From: Elusimicrobiota bacterium
Lineage (GTDB): Bacteria; Elusimicrobiota; Endomicrobiia; CG1-02-37-114; JAHJSO01
NCBI GenBank assembly: GCA_043826435.1
Contig: JBDRQF010000011.1
Coordinates: forward strand, 7,025-71,024
DNA length: 64,000 nucleotides
Reading direction: 5' to 3'
The notes beneath the pieces were generated by a model that was not told where the DNA came from, ran no database searches, and saw nothing but the letters and a program-made list of their open reading frames with translations. Both the position numbers and the translations under genes were made by a program. Numbering within the stretch: position 1 is the first letter of the stretch; each line of letters opens with the position of its first letter. Below, piece by piece: positions 30,540 through 40,597 of the stretch.

Positions 30540-31643
30540 TCAAATAAAATTTATATGTATTGGGGGTTCACCTTTTGGTTTTTCCAAGGTGGTATTTCCG
30601 TGTTTTAAGTCCCACAAAAACTCATTTACCTTATGTTGAAGGCAAAGAGTCCCACACATTGTTTTAGCATCAAAATTATCTAAAGCAATAAAATTCATAA
30701 CCTCCCAATAGCGTTCGCTGCGCCATATCTCTTTAAAAGATTTATCTACAATGTTACCAATGTGATATCTTTTATACTTTCTGTTGAACAACATACCACA
30801 AGGAGCAACAAGTCCTGAACCAGAGAATTGGGTAATAAAAGGTGGGCCATAACATTGGGAATATTTACGTTTCCCTTCACTCAAGATTTTTGACCATTTC
30901 ACTTTCACTAAGTAGCCCTCATCAGAATATCCTTCCGCTTCTTTTAAAACATTAACCAATTCAAAATATTTAGAGTAATTTACTCCTAAACTACCTTTTT
31001 CATCATCACTGCAATGCTTAATGATTGAATAATCAACTCCCAGTTCCTTGCCAAGTTTAGCAAAAGGTATAATCTGGCCGACAAATTGAGGGAGTAAAAC
31101 CATCTGTAAACCCAAAGTAACAGAAAGATTTTTTTCTTTTTTTATTCTTACCGCTTCTTTTATAGTGTTAAGTACTTTATAAAAATGTTCTTCCTTGCAT
31201 CCCATTATTTGAGAATAACGGAGTGGCTCCGCAGCAGAAATATTAAATCTAAGATATGTTAAACAAGGCAAAATTTCTTCTAATTTTTCATCTTTTAATA
31301 AATAGCCGTTTGTTCCCAATGCCATATCCAGTCCATTTGCTTTGCCTCTTAATATCGCATCATATAAATGTGGCGAACAAGTGCTTTCGCCGTCACTGAC
31401 AAAACTTATTGCTTTCACACCAATTTCAGTAGCATCGTCAAGGAATCTGAAAATTACATCTTTTGTCATTCTCTTTTCGTCGTTTGTTTGTAGTTGGCCA
31501 TAGCAATAAATACATCTGTAGGTGCACCTTCTGGTCAGTGAACAATCTATGGTTATAGGAGCAATTCTTTCGCCTCTAAGCCATGCCTCTATTCTATCTG
31601 TATGCCAGAGCATTTTATGACCATCTAAGATTAATTCGTCCAT
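30540..31643 (-). CDS. Radical SAM domain protein (no B12 domain), sugar-modifying candidate
   Basis: CSLTRRCTYRCIYCYG CxxxCxxC motif near the N-terminus, plus C-terminal extra cysteines (possible auxiliary cluster). 367 aa. Confidence 0.8.
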   Translation of the reverse strand: MDELILDGHKMLWHTDRIEAWLRGERIAPITIDCSLTRRCTYRCIYCYGQLQTNDEKRMTKDVIFRFLDDATEIGVKAISFVSDGESTCSPHLYDAILRGKANGLDMALGTNGYLLKDEKLEEILPCLTYLRFNISAAEPLRYSQIMGCKEEHFYKVLNTIKEAVRIKKEKNLSVTLGLQMVLLPQFVGQIIPFAKLGKELGVDYSIIKHCSDDEKGSLGVNYSKYFELVNVLKEAEGYSDEGYLVKVKWSKILSEGKRKYSQCYGPPFITQFSGSGLVAPCGMLFNRKYKRYHIGNIVDKSFKEIWRSERYWEVMNFIALDNFDAKTMCGTLCLQHKVNEFLWDLKHGNTTLEKPKGEPPIHINFI

Positions 31644-31649
31644 ATGTAT

Positions 31650-32429
31650 TTATCCTTTATTTAATGCTTGATAACGCTTTGCCGAGACGGAGTCAGGATT
31701 AATAGTTTGTCTTTCTTTCTTAAAATAAATGTGTGTAAACAATAGAAAAAATCCCTTTATTACTTTATAAAAAGAATGAAAGGACAATGCTTTTGACTTA
31801 CCCTCCTTTCTTAGTTTTAATCTGTAAGGAACTTCTGCAAAAAGATATTTTCTCTTGATTAATCTTATCAAGATATCAGTTTGATAAAAAAAACCGCTAT
31901 TCCTATGTTCCATCTCACTTAATAATGATTTTCTGTAAAGAACAGTTCCATTAGTATAGTTTAGCGAGACAAAAAAGGTATTATTTATAACAAGTTTATA
32001 AACAAACGAAATAAAGTTTCTAAAAAAAGAACGTGTCCCTTTATTAAAAACAAAAGGAATAACTATATCAACATTTTCTAGAAGGTAAATATAACGAAAA
32101 ATTTCTCCGGGCTCATTTTCATTATCCCCCGGTAACATACAAACTATATTTCCTTTTGCATTATCTACTCCATCCCAGAAAGAAGCGCCAAGTCCTTTTG
32201 GTTTGTTATGGTTAATCATTCTAACTTTTTCAGGATTTTCTTCCATTTTGCGTTGTATAATATTAGGAGTTGTATCAGAACTCCCGTCATTAATTACAAC
32301 TATTTCGCCTTTTATCCCAAACTCCCCAAACGCAGATAGAGTATCATCAATAGATGAGGAAATATTTTTTTCTTCATTGAGCGCGGGCATTATAATAGTT
32401 AAAAATATGCTATCGGTTTTATTCGCCAT
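31650..32429 (-). CDS. Glycosyltransferase family 2 (DPM-synthase-like)
   Basis: LTIIMPALNEEKNI...IVVINDGSSDTT DXD-region GT-A signature. 259 aa. Confidence 0.8.
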   Translation of the reverse strand: MANKTDSIFLTIIMPALNEEKNISSSIDDTLSAFGEFGIKGEIVVINDGSSDTTPNIIQRKMEENPEKVRMINHNKPKGLGASFWDGVDNAKGNIVCMLPGDNENEPGEIFRYIYLLENVDIVIPFVFNKGTRSFFRNFISFVYKLVINNTFFVSLNYTNGTVLYRKSLLSEMEHRNSGFFYQTDILIRLIKRKYLFAEVPYRLKLRKEGKSKALSFHSFYKVIKGFFLLFTHIYFKKERQTINPDSVSAKRYQALNKG

Positions 32430-32435
32430 TTTCAG

Positions 32436-33485
32436 TTATTTTTTTAAAAGTTTTTTTATTTCAAAAACTATATTTTCAACATTTGGATAATAAATTTTTT
32501 CTAAAACAGAACTCGCGGGTGTAGGAATATCGGGCAGTGCTATTCTTGATACAGGTGCTTTTAGAAATTTCAGAGCATTTTCCATCAAAAATGAAGAAAT
32601 TTCAGAACTAATTCCGCAAAATTTATAACCAAAATCTAAAACAATCGCCCTTTGCGTTTTTTTAACTGAACTTAGAATTAAATCATAATCAAGAGGCTTT
32701 ATTGTTCGCAAATCTACGATTTCAATATTTATCCCTTCGTCCTCAAGTCTTTTTGCTGCTTCTATTGCTAAGATTGTCATAAATGAATTGGTGATTAAAG
32801 TTAGATCTTTTCCCTCTTTTCTTAATACAGCTTTTCCTAAGGGTATTAAGTAAGGATCCTTTGGGACTATATCCTTATAGTCATAAAGCCATCGGTGTTC
32901 AATAAAAATTACAGGTGACTCATCCAGAATGCTTGACAGTAGCAATCCTTTTACATCATAAGCAGTGGAAGGCATAACGACTTTAAGTCCGGGGACATGG
33001 GTAAATAAAGATTGAAGAGGTTGAGAATGTTGTGCAGCAGACCCCCAGCCACCACCTATTATTGCCCTTACTACAATGGGAACAGATGCTTTCCCACCAA
33101 ACATATATTTCCACTTTGCAGCATGGTTTATTAACTGGTCCATTGATAATAGCATGAAGTCAGTCCTCATGTGAACCAAGACGGGTCTCAACCCTGCCAG
33201 AGAAGACCCAATAGCAATTCCTGTTAAAGTATTTTCACATAAGGGCGTATCAAACACCCTATCACTGCCAAATTCTTTATGAAGATTTAAAGTTGTTCCA
33301 AAAGTTCCGCCGGGGTCATCAACTCCTTCTCCAAATATAAAAACCCTCTTATCTTCTTTTAATGCTAGATACAATGCTTCTTTAATAGCTTCCCTGTAAC
33401 TGATTTCCCTCTCTTTTTTAGACCCTGTTTTCCGAGTGGAAATTTTTATTTTAGATAAATCTATTGGTGCTTTATCCCAGGACAT
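32436..33485 (-). CDS. TPP-dependent 2-oxoacid dehydrogenase E1 beta subunit / transketolase C-terminal-like
   Basis: 349 aa with the ...FGEGVDDPGGTFGTT...FDTPLCENT... motif typical of PDH/acetoin-DH E1-beta. Paired with an E1-alpha just upstream. Confidence 0.85.
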   Translation of the reverse strand: MSWDKAPIDLSKIKISTRKTGSKKEREISYREAIKEALYLALKEDKRVFIFGEGVDDPGGTFGTTLNLHKEFGSDRVFDTPLCENTLTGIAIGSSLAGLRPVLVHMRTDFMLLSMDQLINHAAKWKYMFGGKASVPIVVRAIIGGGWGSAAQHSQPLQSLFTHVPGLKVVMPSTAYDVKGLLLSSILDESPVIFIEHRWLYDYKDIVPKDPYLIPLGKAVLRKEGKDLTLITNSFMTILAIEAAKRLEDEGINIEIVDLRTIKPLDYDLILSSVKKTQRAIVLDFGYKFCGISSEISSFLMENALKFLKAPVSRIALPDIPTPASSVLEKIYYPNVENIVFEIKKLLKK

Positions 33486-33487
33486 AG

Positions 33488-34447
33488 TCAGTAAACATCC
33501 TTATATAGATCTTTTTCTTGAGGATAAGGGCTTTTCAGAGCAAAATCCAGCGCTTCCTCTATCTCTTTTTCTACTTCTCCGTCTATCTGTTTAAGGTCTT
33601 TTTCTTTAAGTAGATTATTTTCCAGGATATATCTTTTGAATTTTTCCAGGGGGCATTTCTTTGTCCATTTTTCAACTTCTTCTTTTTGTCTGAATCCTTT
33701 CTCTACATCTGTTTCAGGACCAACATGAGTTCTCCATCTATATGTTCTTGTTTCAATCAAAGAAGGACCTGAACCATTTCGTGTTCTCGCTATAAATTTT
33801 TTGGCTGTTTTGTGTACCTCAAATACATCATTTCCGTCAATGCAAATACCTGGCATGGAGAAAAAATCCGCTATCTTATAAATGTCAGTATTCACCTGTC
33901 TAACTTTTTGAAGAGAGTTTGTTGCATAAAAATTATTTTCACATACAAATATTATAGGCAACTTCTTTAACGAAGAAAAATTAAGAGATTCATAAAAAAC
34001 ACCTTCATCAACTGCCCCATCGCCAAAAAATGCTATAACAATTCTATTATCTTTCTTTATTTTAGAAGCCAATGCCGATCCAACTGCAATAGGTATTCCC
34101 CCGCCCACAATTGCAGAAGTTCCCAATATAGAATGTTTAACAGATATCATATGCATTGAACCACCTTTTCCGGACGAACAGCCAGTTTTTTTTCCATAAA
34201 GTTCTGCGAATAAAGGTTTTAAATCCACACCTTTGGCAATTAAATGACCGTGGTTTCTATGATTACTGAAGACATAATCTTCTTTTTTTAAGTTGATGCA
34301 AAAACCCACAGCAATAGCTTCTTGACCTATATATAAGTGAACAGGGGTGCACATATCCTGTTTTGGGTAAATTTGAATTATCTTCTCTTCAAATTTTCTA
34401 ATTTTTGTAAGGTAGTAATAAATTTTTTTTAATGTATCAGATGTCAT
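33488..34447 (-). CDS. TPP-dependent E1 alpha subunit (thiamine diphosphate-binding)
   Basis: GDGAVDEGVFYESLNFSSLKKLPIIFVCENNFYA TPP-binding GDG...N motif. 319 aa. Confidence 0.85.
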   Translation of the reverse strand: MTSDTLKKIYYYLTKIRKFEEKIIQIYPKQDMCTPVHLYIGQEAIAVGFCINLKKEDYVFSNHRNHGHLIAKGVDLKPLFAELYGKKTGCSSGKGGSMHMISVKHSILGTSAIVGGGIPIAVGSALASKIKKDNRIVIAFFGDGAVDEGVFYESLNFSSLKKLPIIFVCENNFYATNSLQKVRQVNTDIYKIADFFSMPGICIDGNDVFEVHKTAKKFIARTRNGSGPSLIETRTYRWRTHVGPETDVEKGFRQKEEVEKWTKKCPLEKFKRYILENNLLKEKDLKQIDGEVEKEIEEALDFALKSPYPQEKDLYKDVY

Positions 34448-34467
34448 ATCTCTTTATTATATAAAAT

Positions 34468-35583
34468 CTAACCGGAAAAATCAAGATAAAATTTTCTTAT
34501 TTTATCAACGATATAGTCCAGTTGTTTTTCTGTCAATTCAGGATAAACGGGCAAACTTAAAATCTCTCCCGCCAGACGTTCGGTTACGGGAAAAGCGCCT
34601 TTTTTATATCCTAACGGTTTAGCCGCCCTCTGCATATGTATGGGCAGCGGATAGTGGATTTTTGTTTCAATCCCGTTTTTTGCAAGGTAGGTTTGAAGCC
34701 GGCCCCTCTTTTCTGCCCGGATTATAAAAGTATGGTAAACACATTTTTCATGGCTGTTTTCTTCCGGTGTTTTTACGAATCCATTCATGTCAGATAAATT
34801 TTTTATATAGTATTTTGCAACCTTTCTTCTGCCTTCAATCCATCTGTCCAGATATTTAAACTTAACATTGAGTATTGCCGCCTGCATAGTATCAAGCCGG
34901 CTGTTATACCCCCACTGCGGAGATTCATTTCTGTTTTTTAATCCGATGTTTCTGAGTCGGATTAATTTTTGGTATAGTTTTTTATCGCCTGTCGTGATGA
35001 AACCCCCGTCACCGCAGGCATTCAGTGTTTTTAATGGATGTAAACTGAAACAGCCGAATGTCCCGAATGAACCCACTCTCTTTCCTCTGTATTCTGCGCC
35101 GAGTGACTGTGCAGCATCTTCAATAATATACAGGTTGTATTTTTTTGCTGTTTCCATAATCGGGTGCATGTCCGCTGTCTTTCCTGTTAAATGCACCAGA
35201 AGGATTGCTTTTGTTTTCCGGGTGATTTTTTCAGATATAAGGTCCGGGTCAATATTCATATCTTCCCGGACATCTACAAAAACCGGCTTTAGCCCTGCTG
35301 TGATTATGCTTGAGGTTGTAGAGAGAAAGGAGTTTGGGACCGTAATAACCTCATCGTCATCTTTTAACCCTAACGATTTCATCGCAAGAAAGAGTGCATC
35401 AGTTCCTGAGTTGACCCCGACAGCGTATTTTGTATCGCAGTAGTGCGCCGCCCTTTGTTCAAACAGCGAGACCTCTTTGCCGAGAATAAAGTCGGCCCTT
35501 TCAAGGGTTTTTGAAACCGCCGCGAGTATCTCTCTTTTCAGTTTTTTATGCTGGGCTTTCAGGTTTATGTAAGGTATTTTCAT
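34468..35583 (-). CDS. DegT/DnrJ/EryC1/StrS family PLP-dependent sugar aminotransferase (copy 1)
   Basis: 371 aa aspartate-aminotransferase-fold family. FSLHPLKTLNACGDGGFITT contains the conserved lysine region. The ...GVNSGTDALFLA... N-terminus is typical. Confidence 0.85.
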   Translation of the reverse strand: MKIPYINLKAQHKKLKREILAAVSKTLERADFILGKEVSLFEQRAAHYCDTKYAVGVNSGTDALFLAMKSLGLKDDDEVITVPNSFLSTTSSIITAGLKPVFVDVREDMNIDPDLISEKITRKTKAILLVHLTGKTADMHPIMETAKKYNLYIIEDAAQSLGAEYRGKRVGSFGTFGCFSLHPLKTLNACGDGGFITTGDKKLYQKLIRLRNIGLKNRNESPQWGYNSRLDTMQAAILNVKFKYLDRWIEGRRKVAKYYIKNLSDMNGFVKTPEENSHEKCVYHTFIIRAEKRGRLQTYLAKNGIETKIHYPLPIHMQRAAKPLGYKKGAFPVTERLAGEILSLPVYPELTEKQLDYIVDKIRKFYLDFSG

Positions 35584-35630
35584 AAAAATTTTTTGGCGGA
35601 TATATTGGCCGTTTACAACGGATATTTTAC

Positions 35631-36629
35631 CTATTTCAACCCTATGGATTTCATCTTCCTGACATTGTAATAATTTATGTCCTGCCAGTCAACAATCCTT
35701 TTTGTTTCAAATGCAATTTTAATGTCGCTGATTGCGTCCCTTATTGTTTTTGCAGGAATAAGGCCCAGTTCTTTTTTGATTTTTTCGGAAGATATGTGGT
35801 ATGACCTGTTGTCTTTTGTCGGGACGGTCTCTATCGGTACGTGGGCACTAACCGTTTCTTTTACCATATTAGCAAGATCCATTACAGTATAATTTTCATA
35901 GCCGGCATTATATATTTTGCCGGCAATTTTTTCCTTTGGGACTTCTAATAATTTCACATAATAGTCGGTTATATCTTCAATATGAATATTTGGCCGTTTC
36001 TGTCCGCCGCCGAAGACAGTAATTTTGTTTGTGTTTAAAGCATTTGCGGTGAGGATATTAACTGTCAGGTCAAGCCGCATCCTCGGCGAAAATCCACACA
36101 CAGTAGCAGGTCTGATTACAGTGCAGGTGAACTCAGGGGTCTGGTTTTTCAGCAGGAATTCCTCGCACAGCACTTTGTATTTTGAGTAGTCAGTAAGCGG
36201 CTCAAGAGGCAGTGTCTCTGTTACATTCTCTTCTTTTTTTACGCCGTACACGCTTGAACTAGAAGCAAAAACGAATAGTCCGACCCCCGATTTTTTTGAA
36301 ACATCAACCAGATCAAGGAATGCATCGTAATTTATGGATTTTGAAAGTAACGGGTCAAGTTCATAACTTGGGTCGTTGGAAATGCACGCAAGATGTATAA
36401 CCGCGTCCGTTCCCGGTATTATTTTTTCAAGCAGAGCCCTGTCCCGGATGTCTCCCTTTACCTGTTGCAGGCCCGGGTGATTCTTTACTTCGTCCAGGAC
36501 GTGTTTGCCGTATATGTACAAATCAATGACTTTTACCCTGTACCCTTTTTTCAGGAGTTTGGGGACAAGGACGCTGCCGACGTATCCCGCCCCGCCCGTT
36601 ACAAGTATATTTTTTTGTTTATGGTTCAT
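35631..36629 (-). CDS. NAD-dependent epimerase/dehydratase (extended SDR)
   Basis: ILVTGGAGYVGSVLV Rossmann motif and YSKYK catalytic motif. Start moved to MNHKQKNIL to limit overlap with the upstream gene. Confidence 0.85.
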   Translation of the reverse strand: MNHKQKNILVTGGAGYVGSVLVPKLLKKGYRVKVIDLYIYGKHVLDEVKNHPGLQQVKGDIRDRALLEKIIPGTDAVIHLACISNDPSYELDPLLSKSINYDAFLDLVDVSKKSGVGLFVFASSSSVYGVKKEENVTETLPLEPLTDYSKYKVLCEEFLLKNQTPEFTCTVIRPATVCGFSPRMRLDLTVNILTANALNTNKITVFGGGQKRPNIHIEDITDYYVKLLEVPKEKIAGKIYNAGYENYTVMDLANMVKETVSAHVPIETVPTKDNRSYHISSEKIKKELGLIPAKTIRDAISDIKIAFETKRIVDWQDINYYNVRKMKSIGLK

Positions 36630-37740
36630 TATAGGCACCCTTTCCGTAAAATTCTCTGACCTTCCCGATGACGTATTCAACCTGTTGCGGGCTCAGGTGC
36701 TGATGCACGGGCAGCGATATTATTGACTCCGCCTGTTTTTCAGCCACGGGGAAGTCGCCCTTTTTATAACCGAACTGTTTGCTCGCCTCCTGCAGGTGCA
36801 GGGGAATGGGGTAGTGGATTTTTGCTTCAATTTCATTTTTTATGAGATATAAAAGAAGTTCGTCCCTTTTTTCTACCTGAATGATATAGATGTGGAATAC
36901 GTTTTTGAACCTTTTATCTCTCGGTGGAATTGCGATAAATTCCTTTAAGTTGGCAAATGCGTCATCATATTTTTGTGCATTCCGGATCCTTTTGATTGTG
37001 ATGTCCTCAACCTGGTCAATAAGGTGCAGGCCGACGATCGCCTGTATTGTATCCAGACGGCTGTTGTATCCGAAGATTTCTATCTCATCCCTGTTTTTAA
37101 GACCGTGGTTCCGCAACAGTATAAGTTTGTTTCTTATTTCTTCCGAATCGGTTATCGCAAGCCCCGCATCCCCCCACACGTTTAAGTTTTTTAGCGGGTG
37201 CAAACTGTAACCCGCGGCAAGCCCGAACGTGCCCACGGGTTTGTCGTTGATTTTGGCGCCTATTGCCTGGCAGGCGTCCTCAATAACGAGAAGATTATGC
37301 TTTCCGGCTATTTTCATTATTTCAGGCATGTCTGCCGGGTTGCCGGAGTAGTGGACGGGCATAATTACTTTTGTTTTTTGGGTAATGGCTGATTCTATTT
37401 TTGAGACATCTATGTTGTAGTCGTCCTGCACATCAACAAATACCGGCCTCGCACCGGCGGCGACTATCGCACCGACGGTTGCTATGAAAGTATCCGGGGC
37501 GGTTATCACCTCGTCTCCCGGCATGACGCCAGCGGTTTTCAGGGACAGGAAGAGCGCATCCGTGCCCGAATTTACTCCAACGGCGTATTTTGTCCCGCAC
37601 AAAACGGCGAATTTCTTCTCAAACTCTTCAACCTCGGCGCCCAGGGTGAAATCACATTTTTTGAGCTGGTTTTTTATCGCCTCAAGAATTTTCTCCGGGC
37701 GAGCAAACTGGTCAACCAGATAAGAATAAGGTACTTTCAT
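36619..37740 (-). CDS. DegT-family PLP-dependent sugar aminotransferase (copy 2)
   Basis: 373 aa. The GVNSGTDALFLS...YSLHPLKNLNVWGDAGLAIT motif is typical of DegT. Confidence 0.85.
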   Translation of the reverse strand: MKVPYSYLVDQFARPEKILEAIKNQLKKCDFTLGAEVEEFEKKFAVLCGTKYAVGVNSGTDALFLSLKTAGVMPGDEVITAPDTFIATVGAIVAAGARPVFVDVQDDYNIDVSKIESAITQKTKVIMPVHYSGNPADMPEIMKIAGKHNLLVIEDACQAIGAKINDKPVGTFGLAAGYSLHPLKNLNVWGDAGLAITDSEEIRNKLILLRNHGLKNRDEIEIFGYNSRLDTIQAIVGLHLIDQVEDITIKRIRNAQKYDDAFANLKEFIAIPPRDKRFKNVFHIYIIQVEKRDELLLYLIKNEIEAKIHYPIPLHLQEASKQFGYKKGDFPVAEKQAESIISLPVHQHLSPQQVEYVIGKVREFYGKGAYNEP

Positions 37741-39440
37741 TTTAATTTTTTGTAAATTATTATTTCAGGATTAGGTATTAACCAATCGTGCGGCGGATAG
37801 TTTTTCCTGAAAACTATTCCCATGAACGATGCCTGCCTGTTGAACCGCGCAACCTCTTCAAATCTATCAGTGTTGAACATTATGCTTTGTAAAATTTCTG
37901 CGCCCCGCAAAACTTTGTCTTTTTCCTGTTCCTGTTTTGAAAAATAATTAGCAAGAAAATCAGGATAATAAATATAGTCCCTGTACTCAAATTCAGACAG
38001 GACGACGTAGTCCGCTTCTTTTTTGATTGAGTCAAGCCCAAGGACCGCCTCGCTCAAAGCGGATTGTATATCCCCGCCCATCAGGAGATTGTAAGGCGGG
38101 TTGTATTGCCGCAGGATGCCAGGCGTCCAGAAATAACTCCTGGGTATGGCGACCTTTGCCGATTCCGGAACGTTATTCTTAATCCATTCCGACGTTTCTT
38201 CCCTTGTGTTTTTTGAGACGTATAAATTCAGGTTTGCGAGTGAATAGACGGAGGAATAAGCAAATATAAAAACAAGGGCCAGCAGGGTTATGACTGCCGG
38301 AACAGATTTTTTCACGATTTTTGAAGAGAGCATCGCCCCGGCCGTTCTTGCAGCGAACAGAACAAAGAAGGGTATAACTGGCAGGGTGTACCATGCCGCC
38401 TGGTTTTTGGGCCGGGTGATGACAAAGTAAATAATAATTCCTGAAATCAAAAAGAGCATGTCATAGGGCGCTCCGGATTGGCTCCTACTTTTTATAGAGG
38501 ATAACTGCTTTGCCGTTATGTAAACAAAACCCGCCAGCCCCCCTGCAAGTAGCGGCCAGCCCATTGCATGCGGGAGGTAGTATCTTATGTAACTTAACCA
38601 CCCCGGGCCGAAAAGCGCAAATTCAACAGGATGGGTGGTCCCTCCGGCAAACGCAAAATTCATTTTCATGTAATACCAGAAAGTAGGGAAGTCAAAAATG
38701 GAATAAGGACAGCCGATTAAAAACCCAGCGGCAGATGATGCAATTAATATCCAGAGGTTCTTGTTTTTAACGGAGTCGCCGCGGATGAAATGCGCCAGTA
38801 CCGGGACTATCACGTAAACGCCGGCGCTGAGTTTTGTCGCCGTGGCAAGCCCGACGCAAATGCCCGCAAGGACGTAGTACTTTGTCCGGTTTCTGCCGGA
38901 AATTATCATAACTGAAAACAGTGCCCCGAGCAAAGCGAAAAACAACATGATAACGTCGGGCCGGACATAGAATGAATTTATGATATGCCCCGCGGTTATG
39001 CACAATAGCCCCGCAGAAATAAGCCCCGTGGTACTGTTGTATGCCTTTTTGGCTATAAGATAAATCAGCAGTATGCTCAGCGTCCCGAAGATTATTGAAA
39101 TCAACCGGCCGATAACGTAGAGTTTGTCCGCCTCGTGAAGGTTTGCAATGAGGAACTCCCTTGTGACAGGGCTCACCATGCCCGCTACCTGGCTTATCTT
39201 CAGGAAAAACCCGAGAATATAAACGCTGAAACCGCCCCAGAGGAACGCCCTCTTCGGGCTGAAATCAAGTTTTGAAGGGACCATGCGTTCAAGCGAGTAA
39301 TAGGAGAGCGGTTCGTCGGGATTGTACGTCGTTAAGGCGAGGTTTTTACTCGGGAGGCCGAATCTTATCGGCGCCACTCTTAAAAAAAAACCTGCCAGCA
39401 GGATAAGTATCAACAAAAAAATGTGCGTCTTATCCTTCAT
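37737..39440 (-). CDS. GT-C family membrane glycosyltransferase (PMT_2/ArnT-like)
   Basis: 567 aa and polytopic. YNPDEPLSYYSLE is a first-loop DE motif. Confidence 0.65.
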   Translation of the reverse strand: MKDKTHIFLLILILLAGFFLRVAPIRFGLPSKNLALTTYNPDEPLSYYSLERMVPSKLDFSPKRAFLWGGFSVYILGFFLKISQVAGMVSPVTREFLIANLHEADKLYVIGRLISIIFGTLSILLIYLIAKKAYNSTTGLISAGLLCITAGHIINSFYVRPDVIMLFFALLGALFSVMIISGRNRTKYYVLAGICVGLATATKLSAGVYVIVPVLAHFIRGDSVKNKNLWILIASSAAGFLIGCPYSIFDFPTFWYYMKMNFAFAGGTTHPVEFALFGPGWLSYIRYYLPHAMGWPLLAGGLAGFVYITAKQLSSIKSRSQSGAPYDMLFLISGIIIYFVITRPKNQAAWYTLPVIPFFVLFAARTAGAMLSSKIVKKSVPAVITLLALVFIFAYSSVYSLANLNLYVSKNTREETSEWIKNNVPESAKVAIPRSYFWTPGILRQYNPPYNLLMGGDIQSALSEAVLGLDSIKKEADYVVLSEFEYRDYIYYPDFLANYFSKQEQEKDKVLRGAEILQSIMFNTDRFEEVARFNRQASFMGIVFRKNYPPHDWLIPNPEIIIYKKLK

Positions 39441-40545
39441 ATTTTTTCAGCGCGTCCGCGACGTATTCAATTTCCTGTTCCGTTATACCGGGAAACATCG
39501 GCAGCGAGAGGATTTCATCCGACAACCTTTCAGCCACCGGTAAATCCCCCTTCTTATAACCGAGGCCGGCAAAGACCGGGCTCAGGTGCAACGGCATGGG
39601 ATAGTGGATGCCGGCGCCGATGTCATTCTTGGACAGGTATTCCCTGAGTTTGTCCCTGTTTTTTGTCCGTATCACAAAGAGATGGTATACGTGCCTTGCA
39701 TGCTCCGACTCGGCAGGGAGTATAAAACCGGCTCCTGAAAGCATCTTCCTGTAAATCCCTGCCGCCGTCCTCCTCTGTGAATTCCATTCGTCCAGAGAAT
39801 GCAATTTTATAGACAGAACAATTGCTTGCAGTGAATCAAGTCGGGCGTTAAATCCGAGCATGGTATGTTCACTTTTTTTCTTTTGTCCCAGGTCACGCAG
39901 GGCATAGACCTCTTCCGCAATTGATTTGTCATTTGTTACGACGGCGCCCGCATCCCCGAGTGCCCCGAGGTTCTTCCCGGGATAAAAACTAAAACACCCT
40001 GCCCTGCCAATTGTCCCTGACTTTATCCAGTTTTTGTCTACAAGGCATTCGGCTCCGTGCGACTGGCAAGCGTCTTCTATTATGTCAACCTTGTATTCGT
40101 TTGCAATCCCGAGCAGGCCCGCCATATTGCATGGCTGCCCGTAAAGATGAACGGGGATTATCGCCTTTATCTTTTGCTTTTGCATGGCCTCACGGACTTT
40201 CTGCAAATCAATATTATACGTATTCTCTTCAACGTCAACAAACACAGGCCTTGCGCCCGTATATGCGACTGCAAGGGCGGTTGATATGAAAGTGTTGGCA
40301 GGCACGATAACACTATCGCCGCTGCCTGCTGAAACGGATCTGAGTGCAAGTTGAAGCGCATCCGTCCCCGAGCTTATGCCGACGCAGTACTTCGTCCCGC
40401 AGTATTCCGCAAACTGTTTTTCAAAAGCGGCGACTTCACCCGAGAGGATAAAATGACTCTGCTGTATCGCCGTATCAATGGCTGAAACAATCTCGCCCCT
40501 TATGGCATTGTGTTGCCTGGACAAATCAACGAACGGTACTTTCAT
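39430..40545 (-). CDS. DegT-family PLP-dependent sugar aminotransferase (copy 3)
   Basis: 371 aa with GISSGTDALQLAL...FSFYPGKNLGALGDAGAVVT motifs. Confidence 0.85.
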   Translation of the reverse strand: MKVPFVDLSRQHNAIRGEIVSAIDTAIQQSHFILSGEVAAFEKQFAEYCGTKYCVGISSGTDALQLALRSVSAGSGDSVIVPANTFISTALAVAYTGARPVFVDVEENTYNIDLQKVREAMQKQKIKAIIPVHLYGQPCNMAGLLGIANEYKVDIIEDACQSHGAECLVDKNWIKSGTIGRAGCFSFYPGKNLGALGDAGAVVTNDKSIAEEVYALRDLGQKKKSEHTMLGFNARLDSLQAIVLSIKLHSLDEWNSQRRTAAGIYRKMLSGAGFILPAESEHARHVYHLFVIRTKNRDKLREYLSKNDIGAGIHYPMPLHLSPVFAGLGYKKGDLPVAERLSDEILSLPMFPGITEQEIEYVADALKKYEG

Positions 40546-40597
40546 AAATATGTCCTTCCCTTCCTTTCCTGCGCCCTTTCTTCGGGTGCCTTTCCTT

